64,000 nucleotides of DNA from an uncultured archaeon (lineage in GTDB: Archaea > Asgardarchaeota > Lokiarchaeia > Sigyniarchaeales > SOKP01): assembly GCA_964525635.1 (NCBI GenBank), contig CAZGJX010000009.1:1-64000 (forward strand), given 5' to 3'. Within the stretch, counting starts at the first letter, position 1. Every line of letters starts with the position of its first letter. This document shows positions 61,376 to 64,000 of this stretch, in pieces. The translations under genes were made by a program, and so were the position numbers. The notes beneath the pieces are model-generated. The model had not been told where the DNA came from and searched no databases. It worked only from the letters and a program-made list of their open reading frames with translations.

Positions 61376-62341
61376 TTAACGATTAATATCTCGTTTTATG
61401 AAGCGTAAAAGACCAATAATCATAAAGATGAACGCAATAGAAATAATCAGTACAAACGATGCCAGAGGATGCCAATAATTAGTCGGGACTCCATTTTTAA
61501 CCACTCCAAACATATTGAGGAATGTATTGGAATAATCTGAAAAAGAGTAAAATATTTCTATTAAAAAAAAAAATGAATTTATAAAATGATAATTAAGGTC
61601 AAAATGATAGATTTGGTATGTCTCATACTTACTTGGTCCATAATAATCAGACAGAAGTAAAGGTTTTATAACCATAAAAGCTATAAATACAAAAAGAATA
61701 ATCCCCAACGGAATAAGGAAAGCAATTCTTGGTTTATCATATAAACAAGAAATTCCAATAGAGATACTTTCAAAAAAGAATAAAATTATGAGAGAATACA
61801 GAAAATTGATAAAAAAAAATATAAAAATATCCTGAAAAGGACGGATTAGATAAGAGATTATACAAATTATTGACAAAGATATAAAGCTTAAAAACACCCC
61901 ATATACAAATACAGCAAGAAATTTACTTATAAAGATTTGAGTTCTTCTGATTGGAATGCTCACTAAGGTCTGCATTGTACCTTCATAGATTTCACTTGAG
62001 ATTAATGGTGCTGAAAATACCGAGATTAATAAAGGAAATACTAATGAAAAGGAAAAGAAAAAAACAGCATACAAAATTTCTGGAGTTTCTAAAATCGAGT
62101 TTGACTTATTAAGTCGACTTTGATCAATAAAAAGAAAGAGTAGAAAAGGACCGATTAACATAAATAAAAGGGAAAGTAGAAATCTCTTTCTTAAAGTAAT
62201 ATCTTTGAATAAAGTTTTCTTAAATATTGCGATGGATGATGTAAAGAGAGAAGAATTTTTAAAAGATTTATCATCTTTTGATATTTTTGAAGACTTAGCA
62301 GTTTTATTTTCTTCTTCTCGTAAAAACTTGTGAGCAGACAT
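61376..62341 (-). CDS. ABC-2 type transporter permease
   Basis: Multiple TM segments; ISSEIYEGTMQTLVSIPIRRTQIFISKF. Confidence 0.88.
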   Translation of the reverse strand: MSAHKFLREEENKTAKSSKISKDDKSFKNSSLFTSSIAIFKKTLFKDITLRKRFLLSLLFMLIGPFLLFLFIDQSRLNKSNSILETPEILYAVFFFSFSLVFPLLISVFSAPLISSEIYEGTMQTLVSIPIRRTQIFISKFLAVFVYGVFLSFISLSIICIISYLIRPFQDIFIFFFINFLYSLIILFFFESISIGISCLYDKPRIAFLIPLGIILFVFIAFMVIKPLLLSDYYGPSKYETYQIYHFDLNYHFINSFFFLIEIFYSFSDYSNTFLNMFGVVKNGVPTNYWHPLASFVLIISIAFIFMIIGLLRFIKRDINR

Positions 62342-62342
62342 T

Positions 62343-63311
62343 TTATGCTTCCCTCCTTTTATTTAAAATATCCAGAAAGATTTCCTGAAGACTTAACTCC
62401 TCTCTGAAAAACTTACGCAACTGCACGTCAAGGTCTCCTATTATTTTTGGAATACTTTTTTGTAGGAGATCCTCATCTTTTGGGATGATTTTTATATAGT
62501 TAGTTTTATCTTCTATCCAAATATTATCAATAAAATCTCGTTTATCTAATACTTTTATTACAGTATCATTAGAATTGGTATCTAGTACATATCTATTGTT
62601 CTCTTGGGAATGCATTTTCTTTATACTTTCAATAGAATCAGTTAAAACTATGTTTCCAAAATCTATGATTGTAATTCGATCACACATTTGTTCGATCTCA
62701 GATAAGACATGACTAGATACAAATATACTCATCTTCTTTGATAATGATCTTATCTCTTTGATAAACTCATCCCTCCCCATAGGATCGAGATTTGATGTTG
62801 GCTCATCCAAAATTAAGATTTGGGGATCACCAATTAAAGCTGTTGCAAGCGCAAGTCTTTGCTTCATCCCCCCCGAATAATATTTAACAAGTCTATTTTC
62901 AGCGTGTTTTATCCCATACTTAAGGAGTAATTCATCAATTTTTTCTTGATATTCATGTTTTTTTAGCCCTTTTAACTGAGCAATATACGAAATATACTCC
63001 TTCCCCGTTAATGCTCTATAAAATGCGGGATCTTGTGGTAAAAATCCTATTAATCGCTTTGCTTCCATAGAACCTGCTTTATATCCTCTGATCCTTGCCT
63101 CTCCTTTTGTAATTGAAATTGCCCCAATTAACATATTGATTGTGGAGGTTTTCCCTGCTCCATTTGGACCGAGAAGCCCATGAACTCCCTTTTCCATTCG
63201 AATATCGATTCCATCTACCGCAATAATTCTTCTCTCTTCCGTTCTGTAGACTTTTGTCAAATTATTAGTCCAAATCTCAAATGAATCAGAGCTATTATCT
63301 TCTTGAATCAT
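62343..63311 (-). CDS. ABC transporter ATP-binding protein
   Basis: GPNGAGKTS, YSGGMKQR, LDEPT, SSH. Confidence 0.93.
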   Translation of the reverse strand: MIQEDNSSDSFEIWTNNLTKVYRTEERRIIAVDGIDIRMEKGVHGLLGPNGAGKTSTINMLIGAISITKGEARIRGYKAGSMEAKRLIGFLPQDPAFYRALTGKEYISYIAQLKGLKKHEYQEKIDELLLKYGIKHAENRLVKYYSGGMKQRLALATALIGDPQILILDEPTSNLDPMGRDEFIKEIRSLSKKMSIFVSSHVLSEIEQMCDRITIIDFGNIVLTDSIESIKKMHSQENNRYVLDTNSNDTVIKVLDKRDFIDNIWIEDKTNYIKIIPKDEDLLQKSIPKIIGDLDVQLRKFFREELSLQEIFLDILNKRREA

Positions 63312-63423
63312 AACAATATTAAAATCGTTCTATTGCTGTTTATTTGTTATTTATATTTAAATCTTATGTACTAAAACATATCTTTTTTAGATATATTTGT
63401 CCATTAAATAAAAAAAGTAAGAT

Positions 63424-63711
63424 AATTCTTATAGAATTAATATTTATTATTTCTTTTTTAATTTCCATAATGTCAATAATAATAATTTAAAACAAACAGA
63501 ATAATTTCAAGATATTATAAATTTATAAATTTTATAAGCTAAATGAACTTATTTACGTTAAGGTTATTCAATTTATTTGCACTTAATTTTATTTTTTTGA
63601 ATTTTTTTAAAAATAAAAAGAAAAAAAGGATCTTAGAAACAACTCCCATATCATTATATTATGTTATCTTCTTCATACATCTTTTACCCATTGCGTTCTA
63701 AGCCTGAACCA
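63424..63711. repeat. Conserved non-coding element, copy C (complete)
   Basis: Contains the arm shared with copy B and the full core shared with copy A. Confidence 0.9.
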
Positions 63712-63754
63712 CAATGTCCCTTTTCAACACCACAAAAAAAGAAATTTCTTTTTT

Positions 63755-64000
63755 TTAAATTCCAATAAAAGAAAGTATGACAGGAATAATAGTTGAACCT
63801 GCAACAACAACTAATTTAAGAATTTCTGGAAAATCATAACTCCAAGTACCATATTTCTTAACTTCAGCAACAATACCCTTAACTAAATTCACTTCTTCTA
63901 ATAATTCTTTCCGTGAATGCCAAGTATTATCTACCTTACTAAGAATGCTTGGATCTATTAAAGCATGAAAATATATAAATTCAAGTCTAGATGCCATCAT
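63755..64000 (-). CDS. C-terminal part of a membrane protein (runs off the window)
   Basis: TWSYDFPEILKL..STIIPVILSFIGI hydrophobic C-terminus. Confidence 0.6.
   Translation of the reverse strand: MMASRLEFIYFHALIDPSILSKVDNTWHSRKELLEEVNLVKGIVAEVKKYGTWSYDFPEILKLVVVAGSTIIPVILSFIGI

Noticed and set aside
63620-63711. Repeat core as a SECIS element (ATGA...TGA on the minus strand)
   Set aside because: No helix II between the putative core motifs and no in-frame UGA selenoprotein seen nearby
39670-63711. CRISPR array interpretation of the repeats
   Set aside because: Copies are kilobases apart and much longer than CRISPR repeats; no spacers or cas genes

Overview
Very AT-rich archaeal DNA that looks like Asgard archaea (Lokiarchaeia-like). 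The evidence is thermosome, TFB, RpoP, RPA, FtsZ and MfnB together with eukaryotic-signature proteins (profilin-like, gelsolin-like, tandem Roadblock, RING). Bases ~1-39.6 kb are mostly housekeeping genes. They include a decayed IS200/IS605-type tnpB element, two TnpB-less relatives, and at least four intron-containing tRNA genes. One of these is a tRNA-Asn(GUU) that I can assemble only by removing FOUR non-canonical BHB introns, leaving a 4-nt micro-exon. Bases ~39.7-64 kb look like an accessory island punctuated by three copies of a conserved non-coding element. The island holds a 5'-truncated giant gene (at least 5494 aa) with a membrane region and a C-terminal HTH/HNH-like module, a small downstream partner ORF, a PNP-type (possible ATP nucleosidase) effector, a GNAT protein and an ABC transporter. 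All calls were made by eye, without database searches.
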